DNA of 64,000 nucleotides from Chloroflexota bacterium (GTDB lineage Bacteria; Chloroflexota; Anaerolineae; B4-G1; SLSP01): NCBI GenBank assembly GCA_019873725.1, contig JAIOAS010000001.1, positions 40,257 to 104,256 of the forward strand, read 5' to 3'. Shown piece by piece: positions 62,818 to 64,000 of this stretch (position 1 is its first letter; each line of letters starts with the position of its first letter). The notes under the pieces were generated by a model. It saw only the letters and a program-made list of their open reading frames with translations, ran no database searches and was not told where the DNA came from. The position numbers and the translations under genes were made by a program.

Positions 62818-64000
62818 TCATTTTCGCATCATCACAGCACTGGAACGTAATACTATGGGTAAGTAAACCTTGTATCGTCCCATTGGACGGAAATATTGCC
62901 CCTTATTATCCGTAGTTGAAACATTTCCAGCAGCATCCAGGATTTGGACAAAGTACTCAATGTCTGCGGACTCTGGCAATACGCCTCCCCATATACTGTT
63001 CACAGGATCGATCTCCTCCAAATCCAGTGTATTCCAGTTACCTGTTCCATCAGTATAGGCCACGATGACCCTCGCAATGCCTGAGAAATCCGTCGTCTCG
63101 ACTTCAAAAATCGTTTCATCACTTTGAACGCGTGCGTCGACAGCCCAGATGTTTGGTGGCAATCCATCCTTTTTGTTTGAATAATAGACAGTATATGTGA
63201 TATCCTCAAAGATCCGTTCAACACCTGTCACGGGTGTCGTCGCATGGTATTGCGCCGGGACAATAATAAGATTCTGGTCCAGGCCTTTTTGTGTGCGGAT
63301 GTTGTTGATAACGTCCCAAGTCGAAGGAACCCACATAGGAAAATCAAATTCTGGCTCCTGAGAGTCAGGTGGGACTCCATCAGTAATTATGCTGGTCACA
63401 ACAGGATCATATCCTTTCCAAGTATAATATGATCCACCCTCAAATATGACGCCGTGGGCGATAGTATCCGACAGCGAAATTTTGAGGTCAAGCCGTGGTT
63501 GTGTAGGTTGCCCCATATTCACTTCAACATTGCCCTGCAGAAGATACAGAGTGAGTGTCTCGGTTGTTGTCCCTGATGTAAAAGGTAAACAGCGCGCAGT
63601 CTGAGTTTGCATGCCAGCGAATTCAGGCCCCGCTTCCAGAGTACAAGGTGAGGGTTCATCTGCCAGTGCTATTGAGTTGTAGATTTGAGGCGGCAGACTG
63701 AACTTTTGCATTGGTAAACCGTAAAGCACGACCTGACTCAACACTTTCTCATCGTAAGGGCTAAAGGAATAGGCCGCTGTCTGATGATAATACGCTCTTT
63801 TCGCTTCTGAAAGTGCGGCTCCTACGGTCAAACCTTTTTTGAGGTTCTTCAAAAACAAGATACTCAGTAATTCTGAATATCCTACTTTTTCATAATCTCC
63901 ATATCCATAACCAGTATTCGCGATAAAGGTTTTCCCTTTGCTCGCCAAGGCTTGAGAGAAGTCGAGTGCGTAACGTTTGAAGGCTGATTGCCTATCGGGG
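62818..64000 (-). CDS. partial ORF (C-terminal part; reading frame continues past the window end), low-GC, hypothetical
   Basis: ORF open to the window edge. The 'M' in the track is a TTG codon and the frame continues upstream. GC ~45%. Confidence 0.4.
   Translation of the reverse strand, partial: PDRQSAFKRYALDFSQALASKGKTFIANTGYGYGDYEKVGYSELLSILFLKNLKKGLTVGAALSEAKRAYYHQTAAYSFSPYDEKVLSQVVLYGLPMQKFSLPPQIYNSIALADEPSPCTLEAGPEFAGMQTQTARCLPFTSGTTTETLTLYLLQGNVEVNMGQPTQPRLDLKISLSDTIAHGVIFEGGSYYTWKGYDPVVTSIITDGVPPDSQEPEFDFPMWVPSTWDVINNIRTQKGLDQNLIIVPAQYHATTPVTGVERIFEDITYTVYYSNKKDGLPPNIWAVDARVQSDETIFEVETTDFSGIARVIVAYTDGTGNWNTLDLEEIDPVNSIWGGVLPESADIEYFVQILDAAGNVSTTDNKGQYFRPMGRYKVYLPIVLRSSAVMMRK

Overview
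High-GC (~60-68%) bacterial window, probably from a filamentous, Tad-pilus-bearing lineage such as Chloroflexota (low-confidence guess). All ~60 credible genes lie on the minus strand. Long plus-strand ORFs are antisense shadows.

Three blocks stand out:

(1) 3.6-19.3 kb is a low-GC, probably horizontally acquired defence island. It looks like a complete type-4 BREX set (BrxP PAPS-reductase, BrxC, PglZ, BrxL). It is joined to phosphorothioation-type accessories: a DndA/SspA-like cysteine desulfurase, two paralogous DUF4007-like proteins, a second BrxC-like ATPase and an XRE HTH. This is the candidate novel or hybrid system.

(2) 20-38.5 kb is a Tad/Flp pilus locus. It contains a Flp pilin, three TadE-like pseudopilins, TadB/C, a prepilin peptidase, CpaF, CpaB and three CpaE paralogs. 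Embedded in it are an LPXTG surface protein, a large repeat protein, and a recombinase-domain remnant lacking the catalytic domain.

(3) 38.7-64 kb is an NLR-like 'conflict system' region. It holds a diversity-generating retroelement (RT, Avd, TR) flanked by two paralogous NACHT-FGE-sulfatase target genes, each carrying a VR with textbook adenine-specific TR-to-VR differences. Q/N-rich amyloid-signalling-like motifs are shared between small adaptor proteins and the N-termini of the NACHT receptors. A ~80-aa helical Bell/EAD-like domain is present in three copies. A single 11.5-kb operon encodes MoxR, vWA, an NB-ARC-TPR STAND NTPase, a CHAT protease and coiled-coil adaptors.

Intergenic regions carry two copies of a promoter-structured RNA-terminator leader, a family of 'ACGTAAAACG' palindromic elements, and several families of heptanucleotide tandem repeats.
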